Notes: a model not told the origin generated them from the sequence alone. Positions 10,559 through 21,651 are shown, counted from the first letter of the stretch. The stretch: DNA of 64,000 nt from Ignavibacteriota bacterium (GCA_963727825.1 CAVSHO010000009.1:256001-320000), one strand, 5' to 3'. Numbers and translations: made by a program.

Positions 10559-11545
10559 ATGAATGCAAATGCCGCCATTGAAAAGGGAAAAGAAATTATT
10601 CGGATAGAAGCGGAAGCAGTCGCAGCGCTTGAATCGCGCATTAACGAGAATTTCGCGGTTGCAGTTGACATTATCTTCAACGCTAAAGGACGCGTAGTGA
10701 TTACCGGTATCGGAAAATCCGGCATCATCGCTAGAAAAATTGCTGCAACATTAAGCTCAACCGGTACACCCTCTGCCTTTATGCATCCATCCGATGCAAT
10801 GCATGGAGATTTAGGAATGGTCACACCGGACGATGTAGTAATTTTCATCTCTAAAAGTGGCGATATAGTAGACCTGTGGCAGCTTCTGCTGAGCTTTCAT
10901 CAACTTGGCGTGAAAATTATTGCGATCACTGGCAACATTAATTCGGCACTCAGTAAGCAATGCGACATTGTTCTCGATGCGAGTGTTAAAGAGGAAGCGT
11001 GTCCGTACGATCTTGCACCGACATCCTCTACCACCGCAGCATTAGTTATAGGCGATGCACTTGCGATCACGCTTCTGCAAAAGCGCAATTTCACGCAAGA
11101 AGATTTTGCGATGTTTCATCCAGGTGGCAATCTTGGCAAACGGCTGCTTTTAAAAGTCGAAATGATGATGATCACCGGTGCAAATGTGCCGGTTGTGAAA
11201 GAAAGCGTTTCACTTTCCGATGCTATTATTGAAATCAGTTCAAAAAGACTTGGCGCCACGTGTGTCGTCGACAATTCAGGCGTTCTATGCGGCATCCTTA
11301 CTGATGGCGACCTTCGCCGTCTGCTTCAAAGAACCACGAACATCACAGATCTCATCGTTCGCCAAGTAATGACTAAGAATCCTAAAACAATCCGCCAGAA
11401 TATCCTTGCTGTTCAGGCGCTTAAAGTGATGGAAACATTCAAGATCACGCAGTTAATCGTTGTGGACGACAACCAACATCCTATCGGCGTATTGCATCTT
11501 CACGATTTAGTTGAAGCAGGATTAGGCGGAGAGTCCGGCACATGA
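10559..11545 (+). CDS. kdsD: Arabinose-5-phosphate isomerase (KpsF/GutQ, SIS plus CBS)
   Basis: GIGKSGIIARKIAAT, HGDLG, APTSSTTA, HPGGNLG, two CBS domains. Confidence 0.93.
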   Translation: MNANAAIEKGKEIIRIEAEAVAALESRINENFAVAVDIIFNAKGRVVITGIGKSGIIARKIAATLSSTGTPSAFMHPSDAMHGDLGMVTPDDVVIFISKSGDIVDLWQLLLSFHQLGVKIIAITGNINSALSKQCDIVLDASVKEEACPYDLAPTSSTTAALVIGDALAITLLQKRNFTQEDFAMFHPGGNLGKRLLLKVEMMMITGANVPVVKESVSLSDAIIEISSKRLGATCVVDNSGVLCGILTDGDLRRLLQRTTNITDLIVRQVMTKNPKTIRQNILAVQALKVMETFKITQLIVVDDNQHPIGVLHLHDLVEAGLGGESGT

Positions 11546-12070
11546 AATCGTTCTGCATCTGGATGTTCTGTGCAGTTGCACTTTCGTTTATGGGTTGTGA
11601 AGAAAAAATTTCGCCTTCCGTTATCTCGACAGTTGAATTACCGCAACAAGAAAGCTGGAACAGCACTATTGTTGTGTCAGATTCGGGCCGCATCAGCGCA
11701 ATCATCGTTGCGGGATACATTCGCGTATCTGAGTTGAGCCGACAAACAGAAATGAGCCAAGGTGTTAAAGTGCACTTCTTCGACCGCGAAGGTAAACAAA
11801 CCTCTATACTCACGAGTGAAGAAGGAAGCGTGAACGAAGCGAACAACAATTTAGAGGCGCGAAAAAATGTCATTGTCGTTTCCAGCGATTCATCACGAAT
11901 GATGACCGAACAATTATTTTGGGATAATCAACGCCAGCTCATCTATACACCGGAATATGTGCGAATCACAACCGTAAAAGAAAAAATGCAGGGACACGGA
12001 TTTGAATCGGATCAAAGTTTGAAACATTACCGCGATTTTCCGTGTCACCGGACAGACAACGGTCGAATAA
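11542..12070 (+). CDS. lptC: LPS export periplasmic protein LptC (one extra base near 12034 fuses it to the next gene)
   Basis: Lipobox FMGC, QESWNS, GVKVHFFD, TEQLFWD; removing one G in cgcGattttc gives ...YRIFRVTGQTTVE-TAA at 12068-12070 overlapping the next ATG. Confidence 0.8.
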
Positions 12071-13350
12071 TGCGTATGCGTATTCATGGTTTATATTCTG
12101 CCATTATGATTATTTGCTTGACAATTCCAGTTTTGTGTCAGCAAAGTAAAATCATCGAGATCCGTAGAGCTGATAGCCTTAACGTCAAACCAATTAACAA
12201 TGAAGAAGTAAGAGAACTAACCGGAAACGTATATTTTGTCCAGATTGCAGCAGAGGGTGGTTTGGTGAAAGTATGGTGCGATAGAGCGCTTCAATTTATG
12301 AAACAGAATAAAATTGAAGTGTACGGAAATGTGAAAGTAGTCCAAGACAGCGTCACTATCCGTTCTAAAGAAGGCGTGTATTATGCCGAACGCAGGATGA
12401 TGGAAGGAAAAAACGGAGTGCAGCTGGAACGCGGAAAAACTCATCTTACGGCACTCCAGGGAGAATACTTTGTGGATGAAAAACGATCGCACTTTATCGA
12501 CGATGTTGTCCTTGTGGATACTTCCACAACGATCACTTGCAATGAAATGCATTACTTTGAGGCAGAGACTCGATCTATCGCTATCGGTAATGTACATGTA
12601 TTCGAGAATGCTAATAGCGTAAATATCTATGGCGATTCGCTTATTCACATTGAGCAGAAAAAATTTACTCTCGTGTTAAAGCAGCCACGCCTAGTGAAGA
12701 TAGACACATCCGCCAGTGGTATCATCGATACAATGGTGGTAATAAGCCGCGAGATGCAATCCATTCAAGACACTGCAGAACACTTTGTGGCAATCGACAG
12801 TGTGCGTATGGTGAAAGGCGATATGTCTGCAAGATGCGGCAAAGCAATATACTTCGTGAAAAACGACCTTATCGCACTGCAAACACATCCCATAATTTGG
12901 AGCGGCGAGAATCAAATCACTGGCGATTCCATTCGTATCCGAATGGAAGACAAGCGAATCAGAAGTATGTGGGTCAAAAACCGGGCGATGGCAATTTCAC
13001 GTGTGGACACAGCTCTACCCAACCGTTTCAACCAATTAACGGGCAGGGAGTTGACAATGTACTTCCATGCAAATAAATTGGAACAGGTGGATGTACAAAA
13101 GAACGCAACGAGTCTCTATTATTTATTTGACAATAAAGAACCTAATGGCGCCAATAAATCCAGCGGTGATCGCATCTTCATCGATTTCGTCGCAGACGAA
13201 GTGGATCGTATAAAAATTGTAGGCGGCGTGCAAGGACAATATCTTCCCGAGAAACTGATTAATAAACACGAACAGGATTACAATCTTGACGGTTATCGGT
13301 GGTACGAGAATCGGCCAATTCGACAAGGCGTACACATTATTAACGAGTAG
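12070..13350 (+). CDS. OstA/LptA-like LPS transport protein
   Basis: Own signal peptide after the TAATG overlap; repeated beta-jellyroll motifs (GNVKVVQDSVTI, GDSIRI); lies between lptC and lptB. Confidence 0.8.
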   Translation: MRMRIHGLYSAIMIICLTIPVLCQQSKIIEIRRADSLNVKPINNEEVRELTGNVYFVQIAAEGGLVKVWCDRALQFMKQNKIEVYGNVKVVQDSVTIRSKEGVYYAERRMMEGKNGVQLERGKTHLTALQGEYFVDEKRSHFIDDVVLVDTSTTITCNEMHYFEAETRSIAIGNVHVFENANSVNIYGDSLIHIEQKKFTLVLKQPRLVKIDTSASGIIDTMVVISREMQSIQDTAEHFVAIDSVRMVKGDMSARCGKAIYFVKNDLIALQTHPIIWSGENQITGDSIRIRMEDKRIRSMWVKNRAMAISRVDTALPNRFNQLTGRELTMYFHANKLEQVDVQKNATSLYYLFDNKEPNGANKSSGDRIFIDFVADEVDRIKIVGGVQGQYLPEKLINKHEQDYNLDGYRWYENRPIRQGVHIINE

Positions 13351-13351
13351 C

Positions 13352-14282
13352 ATGGCAAAACAAATCAATAAAAATATTCCACGAACAAAGCGGCCTATCG
13401 CATCAACAAATAAAATCATCATGCGGCATAAATCACAGATAACAAAGCCCCATAAAACAAAACCAGGTGTAAAACAAACGCGTCAAGTTTCGATCATTAC
13501 AGTTCCACGGCCAGCAATGCCCATCGTGACTGAACCAACAATTCCTCAAATCATTCTTCGCTCAGATGGATTAGTGAAGCGTTACAAAAAACGCGCGGTG
13601 GTGGATGAAGTCAGCATACAAGTGAAGCAGGGAGAAATTGTTGGCTTGCTTGGAGCCAAATGGCGCTGGCAAGACGACAACATTCTATATGATTGTTGGA
13701 ATGATTCGGCCAAACGCCGGTAGAGTATTTATGGATGAAGTCGAGATTACAAAGTTGCCGATGTATAAGCGAGCCAGGAACGGCATCAGTTATTTACCGC
13801 AGGAGCCATCTGTGTTTCGACGATTATCGGTGCGGGATAATCTTATGGCAATTCTGCAAACCACATCGCTCACTCGCGAAGCGCAGGAAGAGAAGTGCAC
13901 CCGGTTAATGGAAGAATTCGGACTTACGCATCTCGCGAAAAGCAAAGGTTATATACTTTCTGGCGGTGAGCGCCGCAGGACGGAGATTGCTCGCTCACTG
14001 GCACTTGATCCAAAATTTATTTTATTAGATGAACCATTTGCCGGCATCGATCCTATTGCTGTGGAAGATATTATGCAGATTGTCATCAAACTGAAAAGCA
14101 GAAATATCGGTGTACTCATTACAGATCACAATGTGCATGAAACACTTTCTATAACGGATCGTTCATATTTACTGTTTGAAGGAAAGATTTTAAAATCCGG
14201 CACCGCGGAATTTCTTGCTAACGATCCTGAAGCAAGGAAACTGTATCTTGGAGAGAAATTTAAATTAGATAGATACGAATAG
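13352..14282 (+). CDS. lptB: LPS export ABC ATPase LptB (frameshift near 13655; start uncertain)
   Basis: GEIVGLLG|[15 protein letters not shown] split over two frames, [34 protein letters not shown]. Confidence 0.92.
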
Positions 14283-14345
14283 CAACGACAAATAGCTAAT
14301 TACAAATTGACTATTCAATATATCCCAACTCTAATCAATAAAGCC

Positions 14346-15362
14346 ATGATTGTTGTTTTAGAAACAGGCACCGCCGAAAAGCAAATTGAAGAAATCATCC
14401 GCGTTTTGCATGATCACGGATTTGATGTACATCGCTCAACCGGTGTGCAACATACGGTCTTGGGTGCTATCGGTGTTCATCCGGAATTCGACCACCGGCA
14501 AATTGAACTGCTGGATGGTGTTGCAGAGGTTGTGCGTGTTACCGATCCGTTCAAACTAGCCAGTCGTGCATTCAAACGTGAAGGATCCGTGTTTGATGTT
14601 AGTGGAGTGAAAATCGGCGGACCTGAAGTTATTGTTATAGCAGGACCATGCTCGGTTGAAACCGAGGAACAAGTTTTTAAGATCGCAAAACATGTTAAGG
14701 ATTCCGGCGCGAAAATATTACGCGGTGGTGCATTTAAACCGCGCACATCGCCTTATTCCTTCCAGGGGCTTGGTGAAGAGGGTTTAAAATTCCTACGTTC
14801 AGCAGCAGACGAGTATAAACTGAAAGTCATCACGGAAGTGATGGACAAAAGCCAGATTGACCTCGTGGAAAAGTATGCGGACATTTTACAGATCGGCGCG
14901 CGAAACATGCAAAATTACATGTTTCTGAAAGATCTCGGCAAAGCGTCGAAGCCAGTAATGCTCAAGCGCGGTATTGCCGCAACTATTGAAGAATGGCTGA
15001 TGTCTGCAGAATATATTCTTGCAGGCGGCAATGAGAAAGTTATTTTATGCGAACGCGGCATCCGAACATTTGAGACTGCTACACGCAACACTATGGATAT
15101 AAGCGCTATTCCGGTCATAAAGAAAAAGAGCCACTTGCCAATCTTTGCCGATCCGTCGCATGGTGTCGGCATTCGCGATAAGGTGATTCCGATGGCACGC
15201 GCCTCTGTTGCTGCCGGTGCAGATGGCATAATGGTAGAAGTGCATCACGATCCTGACCGTGCATTATCGGATGGCGCGCAGTCACTCTATCCGAATCAGT
15301 TCGAACAGTTAATGAAAGAAGTCCGTATGATTGCTCAGGCCATAAACCGCAATATTGCATGA
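14346..15362 (+). CDS. aroF: DAHP synthase type I-beta with N-terminal regulatory domain
   Basis: [37 protein letters not shown]. Confidence 0.94.
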   Translation: MIVVLETGTAEKQIEEIIRVLHDHGFDVHRSTGVQHTVLGAIGVHPEFDHRQIELLDGVAEVVRVTDPFKLASRAFKREGSVFDVSGVKIGGPEVIVIAGPCSVETEEQVFKIAKHVKDSGAKILRGGAFKPRTSPYSFQGLGEEGLKFLRSAADEYKLKVITEVMDKSQIDLVEKYADILQIGARNMQNYMFLKDLGKASKPVMLKRGIAATIEEWLMSAEYILAGGNEKVILCERGIRTFETATRNTMDISAIPVIKKKSHLPIFADPSHGVGIRDKVIPMARASVAAGADGIMVEVHHDPDRALSDGAQSLYPNQFEQLMKEVRMIAQAINRNIA

Positions 15363-16480
15363 GAGCTCCTATGGCAGAACAAAAGTTGCTTCCATTTAAG
15401 CGCATCACCATTATCGGCGTTGGACTCATCGGCGGATCATTAGCGCTTGCAATAAAGCATCGTTTTCCTTCCGCGAAAATTGTCGGTGTAGATAGACCAC
15501 AAATTCTCAAACGTGCATTGGAACGGAATATAATCGACATCGCTGAACGTTCAGTGGAACGAGCGGTACGTTCTGCCGATCTTATTATTATAGCCGTTCC
15601 AGTTTTTGCAATTGTGAAACTTCTTCCTATCGTTGCCAAAAATATATCACCTCACGCCATCGTTACCGATACAGGAAGTGTAAAACGAGCAATAGTTAAA
15701 CAAGCCCAAAAACTTTTTCCCGATGGCAACTTTATTGGCGGACACCCAATGGCGGGTTCAGAATTCTCCGGTATCGATGCGGCACACTCTTTATTGTTTC
15801 AGAACGCAATTTATATCCTAACCCCAATACATACAACGAATAAAAAATCGCTTCGAGTTGTTGCAAATTTTTTCACTTCGCTCGACGCGCGTATCTTCAA
15901 GATTGATCCTGCGACACACGACAGTGTTGTCGCCGCCGTTAGTCATCTTCCGCAACTTGCCGCAGTTGCATTAATGAACGCTGTCGGCAAACGACACCCG
16001 AACTCGCCTAATCATCTCTCACTTGCTGCCGGCGGTTTCCGCGATATGACGCGTATCGCATCAAGTCGATTTCTGATGTGGAAAGATATTCTCTCCGCCA
16101 ACCAGAAAGAAATCGGTAAAGCACTTCGGCTTTTCATCAATCAATTAGAAAAGATGGCATCAGTTGTGGATTCCAATACTTCACTCCTTTCTACGGAGTT
16201 TAAGACATCACGCAATCTGCGGCTACACATTCCTCAATCGATGAAAGGATTTATGTCACCGCTTGTTGACTTGTCTATCTTCGTAGAAGACAAACCCGGC
16301 GAGCTCGCGCGTTTAACTTCTTCTCTGGCGAAAGAGAGAATAAATATTAAAGATATGGAGCTGCTCAAAGTGCGGGAAGGACGCGGCGGTACATTCCGTC
16401 TCTCGTTCGAGAATCACAGTGTCTCTAAAGAAGCTGCGTGCATACTTCGGCGTGCTGGTTTTGATGTAAGCGGAAAGTGA
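15359..16480 (+). CDS. tyrA: Prephenate/arogenate dehydrogenase with C-terminal ACT domain
   Basis: [49 protein letters not shown]. Confidence 0.92.
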   Translation: MRAPMAEQKLLPFKRITIIGVGLIGGSLALAIKHRFPSAKIVGVDRPQILKRALERNIIDIAERSVERAVRSADLIIIAVPVFAIVKLLPIVAKNISPHAIVTDTGSVKRAIVKQAQKLFPDGNFIGGHPMAGSEFSGIDAAHSLLFQNAIYILTPIHTTNKKSLRVVANFFTSLDARIFKIDPATHDSVVAAVSHLPQLAAVALMNAVGKRHPNSPNHLSLAAGGFRDMTRIASSRFLMWKDILSANQKEIGKALRLFINQLEKMASVVDSNTSLLSTEFKTSRNLRLHIPQSMKGFMSPLVDLSIFVEDKPGELARLTSSLAKERINIKDMELLKVREGRGGTFRLSFENHSVSKEAACILRRAGFDVSGK

Positions 16481-16582
16481 CAAAACACAGAAAATAATTT
16501 CCTGAAAAATGTACTTGTGCTCTACTATGTCCTGCCATTTATCTGACTAAAGAGTTGTCAAAATATTTTCGAACAATAAGAC

Positions 16583-16837
16583 TTATCTACGTTTGATTTT
16601 CATTATGAGAATATAGAATGCAAGGACAAATGTTACGCTATTGGCCAGTAATACCGGAAAAGATTTTATCATGGCACCATAAATAATCCAGAAAATGGTA
16701 CCACCGCAGAAAAGCAGAAACATTCCCAAAGACAGATCTTCAGTCTTTTTTGTTTTGAAAACTTTGTATGCTTGAGGAATAAAAGAACTCGTAGTGCCGA
16801 TTGCTGCGAGAATACCCACCACCTCCACAAAAAACAT
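16583..16837 (-). CDS. SemiSWEET/PQ-loop transporter
   Basis: TTSSFIPQAYK...TEDLSLGM, three TM helices, LANSVT. Confidence 0.88.
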   Translation of the reverse strand: MFFVEVVGILAAIGTTSSFIPQAYKVFKTKKTEDLSLGMFLLFCGGTIFWIIYGAMIKSFPVLLANSVTFVLAFYILIMKIKRR

Positions 16838-16942
16838 TTCGCTTTCTCCGATCAAAAAATCGTTACCTCAGTTAAAATGCAAATGAGAATTATCTATATT
16901 CAATATCTATTGAGATATTCAGGTTCTTATTCGAAGCCTATA

Positions 16943-17290
16943 TTATTTTTTATCTGCCCCTGAAGGTGAATCTGGAGAGGGCTTTGAATCGGGTTTAGAT
17001 TTAGACTCCGGTTTTGATTTTGAGTCAAGTCCAGACTCGGGCTTGGATTCAGATTTAGAGATAGGTTTCGACTTCGATTTCCTGCTGGAACTTGTGGATG
17101 TATTAGATTTCTGATAGTCGGTTGCATAAAACCCGCTTCCCTTAAATATCAGTCCAACGCCGCTCGACATTAATCGTTTGAGTGTAGGTTTGGCGCATTT
17201 CGGACACATTATCAGCGGATCAGATGACATCGTTTGAAATTCTTCAAATTCGTGACCACAGGATTTACAGCGATATTCGTATGTTGGCAT
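16943..17290 (-). CDS. FmdB-family zinc-ribbon protein with low-complexity K/S/P/E tail
   Basis: MPTYEYRCKSCGHEFE...CPKC...FKGSGFYATDY. Confidence 0.9.
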   Translation of the reverse strand: MPTYEYRCKSCGHEFEEFQTMSSDPLIMCPKCAKPTLKRLMSSGVGLIFKGSGFYATDYQKSNTSTSSSRKSKSKPISKSESKPESGLDSKSKPESKSKPDSKPSPDSPSGADKK

Positions 17291-17443
17291 TCTTACCTTT
17301 TACTCTATACTTTTAACATGATTAAATATACCTCCGATTTACCAAGATTTCAATTAGTTTTTCCAAAAGAGATAAAGGTGAAATGGAACTAAACGCAATC
17401 CGTCATCGTTTATAATATCACAACCCATTAAAAAGGAGACTAT

Positions 17444-17938
17444 ATGATCAGCAAAACTTTACAAGACACAATTAATGAACAAATCAACTTTGAACTTTTT
17501 TCTGCATATCTGTATCTTTCAATGTCGGCACATTTCGAAACGCAGAATCTCACCGGTTTCGCGAACTGGACACGCGTGCAATATCAAGAAGAAACGGGAC
17601 ATGCAATGAAGCTTTATAAATATGTGTTCGATCGCAGCGGTGCAGTAACATTGAAAGCTATTGCACAGCCGGCAACCAAATTTAAAACTCCGGTTGATAT
17701 CTTTAAAGAAATTCTTAAGCACGAACAAAAAGTCACTTCACTCATCAACAAGCTGTACGAATTAGCAGTGAAGGAAAAAGATTATGCCGCGCAGATTTTT
17801 CTGCAATGGTTCATCAACGAGCAGGTGGAAGAGGAAAAGAACGCAACCGACATCATTAACATGTTGGAGATGATTGGCGACTCGCCCGTAAGTTTGATTA
17901 TGGCTGATCGCCAACTTGGTGCACGCAAGGCAGGATAA
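17444..17938 (+). CDS. ftnA: Non-heme ferritin
   Basis: NEQINFELFSAYLY, EETGHAMK, FLQWFINEQVEEE; AGGAG RBS. Confidence 0.94.
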   Translation: MISKTLQDTINEQINFELFSAYLYLSMSAHFETQNLTGFANWTRVQYQEETGHAMKLYKYVFDRSGAVTLKAIAQPATKFKTPVDIFKEILKHEQKVTSLINKLYELAVKEKDYAAQIFLQWFINEQVEEEKNATDIINMLEMIGDSPVSLIMADRQLGARKAG

Positions 17939-17970
17939 TTCTCGTCTAATACTTAATATGCGTAAAATAT

Positions 17971-18003
17971 AAAGCCGCTTCACCGACTTGATGAAGCGGC
18001 TTT
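17971..18003. terminator. Bidirectional intrinsic terminator between convergent ferritin and FG-GAP genes
   Basis: aaagccgcttca-N9-tgaagcggcttt 12-bp stem. Confidence 0.8.
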
Positions 18004-18031
18004 ATTGTTTGCTTTTGGCTGCAGAAAAATC

Positions 18032-19624
18032 CTATTCCATCAGCAGCATCTTCTTAACTTGCACAATTGGCCTGCCACCATCTTGCGGCTGCGCGGTAAA
18101 TCTGGCAAAGTAAATACCACTTGAGAGCTTTGAGCCATCAAAGGTTGTTGTGTGAACGCCAGCGTTTTGTAGTCCGACAACCAGAGTTCTTATATCTCTT
18201 CCTAAAATATCATATACCTTCAATGTCACGACGCTGGCCACTGATATTTGATAACTGATAACTGTTGTCGGATTAAATGGATTGGGATAATTTTGCATTA
18301 ACTTTGGCGTCATCGGAAGATCATTATGTTGTAGATCCACAACACCGGTAGTTGGAGAAAACGAGTAAATATATACTTTCCCTAATGGATTATTATAATC
18401 AGGATAATAAGGCGCTCCAACTGCGATTTCTGAATATCCATCACCATTAATATCTCCAAGTACTGAAACACAATATCCAAATTGATCCCATTTATGTTCT
18501 CCTACTAAAAGGACTTTCGCAACTGTATCTATCACAGATCCACCAAAATAAATACGAGCTCCGCCGACCATCACTCCTTGAGAATTAACATAATTTCCTT
18601 CTCCTATAATAAAATCACTATATCCATCATTATTGACATCACCCCCTGGCCCAATTTGAGCTCCACTAAATGGATTAAATGTTATCATACTATCTGGATG
18701 CAGGTAGAGTCCAACAGACGCAGCAGAAAGCATGAAATCATTATATCCATCGCCATTGACGTCTCCAACATTTGCAATTTGAAATCCTATTTTTGGATTT
18801 CCTTTAAAAATATATTTAGGAACTGTGTCAAATTGAACACCTCCACAATAAATTCGCAATTCGCTGGTATCTGCAGTATTTAGACGTGGCGCCGATATCG
18901 CAAAGTCTGCATATCCGTCTTTGTTAATATCTCCAATACCACACACGGTATAACCGAAAAAACTGTTTACAGTTCCATCTGTTAGCGTCGCAACAGGATT
19001 TGTACTTATGGTTTTCCCTCCCAAATAAATATAGCATCGCCCGATGCCATCAGATTCATAAGAACTACTAATTGCAAAGTCGGCATAGCCGTCTCCATTT
19101 ATATCTCCCAAAGCAGCTAAATTAACTCCGCATGGTTGAGGATAGATTTTATGGAACACTAACAACGAATCAAATGGCAAAGTTTTTCCACCAAAACACA
19201 CATATACTTTTATATCTTCATAAATACCATAATCGATCCAGGTTCCAACAACAACTAACAAATCATCATATCCGTCACCATTGACATCGCCTATGCCTAC
19301 AACTTGTGGCGTAGTAAATCTATAAGCCGCTGATGTATCGAATGGCTTCCCACCAAGATAAAGCTTAGTATATCCTCCACCAATAGAGCTAACGATAAAA
19401 TCTTTATATCCATCGCCATTAACATCACCAACACCTCCAACCATTGCAAATTGATCACCGACTTTTTCCCCGATCAGTGTATCAACAAGATGGATGCTGG
19501 TTTGTCCAAAACCAGTTGACGTTAATATTAAGATAGATGTGATACTGCAAATTATTCTTCCTGTTTTAGCCACAGATAGTCCTCTTGAATTACCTTTTTT
19601 ATAGAAATTCAACCCTACACTCAC
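18032..19624 (-). CDS. FG-GAP (integrin-alpha-like) repeat protein with T9SS type A sorting domain
   Basis: Multiple GDVNGDGYxD repeats, GAP...GKVYIY motifs, C-terminal QNYPNPFNPTT...KKMLLME. Confidence 0.88.
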   Translation of the reverse strand: MSVGLNFYKKGNSRGLSVAKTGRIICSITSILILTSTGFGQTSIHLVDTLIGEKVGDQFAMVGGVGDVNGDGYKDFIVSSIGGGYTKLYLGGKPFDTSAAYRFTTPQVVGIGDVNGDGYDDLLVVVGTWIDYGIYEDIKVYVCFGGKTLPFDSLLVFHKIYPQPCGVNLAALGDINGDGYADFAISSSYESDGIGRCYIYLGGKTISTNPVATLTDGTVNSFFGYTVCGIGDINKDGYADFAISAPRLNTADTSELRIYCGGVQFDTVPKYIFKGNPKIGFQIANVGDVNGDGYNDFMLSAASVGLYLHPDSMITFNPFSGAQIGPGGDVNNDGYSDFIIGEGNYVNSQGVMVGGARIYFGGSVIDTVAKVLLVGEHKWDQFGYCVSVLGDINGDGYSEIAVGAPYYPDYNNPLGKVYIYSFSPTTGVVDLQHNDLPMTPKLMQNYPNPFNPTTVISYQISVASVVTLKVYDILGRDIRTLVVGLQNAGVHTTTFDGSKLSSGIYFARFTAQPQDGGRPIVQVKKMLLME

Positions 19625-19687
19625 TCACAGAATTGTTTTCTTTATATCGGAATGGGTTATATTTTATTATTTCATTTTCACTTCTTT

Positions 19688-21275
19688 CTATTTTAACACC
19701 AGCATTGATTTTCGCATTATAAAGTGTCCTGCTGTCAAGCAATAGAAATAAACTCCGCTTGATAATCTTGAGCCATCAAAGGTTGTTGTGTGAGCGCCAG
19801 CGTTTTGTAGTCCGTAAACCAGAGTTCTTATCTCTCTTCCTAAAATATCATATACCTTCAATGTCACGACACTGGCCACTGATAACTGGTAACTGATGAC
19901 TGTGCTTGAGTTAAACGGATTGGGATAGTTCTGGTATAAATCAAATTTATACGGAATTGTTTGTTTATTTTCTTTAACATCAGTTGGTTTTTTATATGAA
20001 TAGATATAAACTTTGCCTAATGGATTATTGTAATCAGGATAATTAGGTGCCAAGATAAATAGTTTATCGTATCCATCGCCATTTATATCTGCATGAGATA
20101 TAACATAACCATATTGATCCCATTTATTTTCGCCCTCAAGCTTATATTTATAGACACTATCAATTTTGCTCCCTCCTAGGTAAACAAAAGCACCCCCAAC
20201 CATTATGCTATCAGAATTTAGGTAATTACTATTTCCAATAACAAAATCATTATATCCGTCATTATTGATATCAAAGTTAGATTCCATATTCATCACACCC
20301 TTTAAATCCCCAAGATAATCCATTTATTACAATAGATTTACATTGCCCCAAATAGATAAAAAATCTTATTAAGCCCCTCCTGCAACACAAAAATCCTTTT
20401 ACTCTATTTTTATTTAAATCGCTTAAGCGTTTTTAATGATCGTGCCAGAATTATTACCAATGCTTTGATGTAAGAATCGTATCGGGTGTCGTGTGCATTG
20501 TCTTTCCACCATAATAAATATAAACTTTTCCCGAATCACTCCCATTTCCCGGTGCTCCAATAGCTAAATCATCATAACCATCACCATTGATATCACCAAT
20601 ATTAGCAACACTCTTACCAAAGTAATCTTCTATCGTGTCACTTGTAAATGTGATGCTTCTTTCCCATGATATTGTGTCCCCGCCCCAAAATAAATAAACT
20701 CTTCCCTTTCCATCTGTCCAATTATATGGTGAGCCGATAACAAAATCATCATAGCCATCTTTATTGATGTCGCCTACTCCCTGTAGAGTAGAACCAAAAT
20801 CATCTTCTATCCACGGTTCAGAAAATTCCTTTATAGGTATCGTATCTATCTTTGTCCCTCCGAGATACAAAAATACCTTTCCTTTACCACCTGCTCCATT
20901 ATCATAACTACCGCCTAAGAGGAAATCGTTATATCCATCTCCGTTTACATCACCTATACCTGCCATGTTTCCCAAGCCGTTTGGAGTCTCTTTTCCTGGA
21001 TAATGAAAAGTAATAGATGTCGTGAGATTTATATTTGGCGAGCCAAGATAAAGTTTTATAGAATTGTACCCGACGGAGACCATAAAATCATCGTACCCAT
21101 CTCCATTAACATCTCCAACACCTTTGACATTGATAATGTTTTCTGTTGTGGAGTGACCTGTGATAGTACCAATTAAATAGAGGCTGTCCTGGCTAATAGC
21201 CACATTGGTTAATAAGAATTGAATTGAGCAGAAATATAAAAACTTAAAATACCCTCCCTGCGCTTGCATATGCAT
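19688..21275 (-). CDS. Second FG-GAP repeat protein with T9SS type A sorting domain (frameshifts at about 20330-20460)
   Basis: ORFs 20454-21275 (signal peptide, GDxNGDGYDD repeats) and 19688-20323 (repeats plus QNYPNPFNSST CTD) are collinear with the neighbouring paralogue. Confidence 0.8.
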
Positions 21276-21345
21276 ATCTCCACGGAATAGATTAGATCAA
21301 AACCTACCGCCGAAACCCTTGAGTATGCCTCCTTTGCCACAGAAA

Positions 21346-21374
21346 ATGCTACAAATTTTAAAAAAGAATGTCAA
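21346..21374 (-). promoter_or_regulatory. sigma70-type promoter for the FG-GAP genes
   Basis: TTGACA (21374-21369), 17 bp, TAGCAT (21351-21346). Confidence 0.5.
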
Positions 21375-21606
21375 GTTTGAACATGTCGTATCTTACTAAA
21401 AAGTCTATCATATTTTAACAAAAGCTTGTCGTATTATCGATTATATTTTGCCACCATTTTGGTGCAAGAGTTGTCGTGTTTTATCGTTCTTTGTTATGAT
21501 TTTTGTGCATGGAATACCATCTTTTTTTGAGAATATTTTTCTATTTGCCGGTACACACCGTTTTTGTTATCGGAAACCAGCTTTTTCCCTTTTTGCAATA
21601 AACACA

Positions 21607-21651
21607 AAAGCCGCCTCGTCGAACTAATGAAGCGGCTTTATTGTTTGCTTT
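21607..21651. repeat. Second copy of the 17971-18015 terminator sequence; probable pckG terminator
   Basis: atgaagcggctttattgtttgcttt identical at 17991-18015 and 21627-21651; aaagccgc arm also shared. Confidence 0.8.

Noticed and set aside
11542-13350. Apparent novel 602-aa LptC-LptA fusion
   Set aside because: Removing one base near 12034 restores a normal LptC end with a TAATG overlap, and the second half has its own signal peptide; most likely an indel artefact
16960-17085. Tandem repeat in the FmdB tail (KPES/KPDS)
   Set aside because: Ordinary low-complexity tail for this family; the DNA repeats are degenerate
18130-19884. DGR template/variable repeat pair
   Set aside because: Mismatches are not adenine-specific, both copies are coding CTDs, and there is no reverse transcriptase in the window
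21290-21345. c-di-GMP riboswitch or sigma54 promoter in the FG-GAP leader
   Set aside because: GGCAAA start only; no GNRA/receptor stems, and the GG-N10-GC spacing is not met
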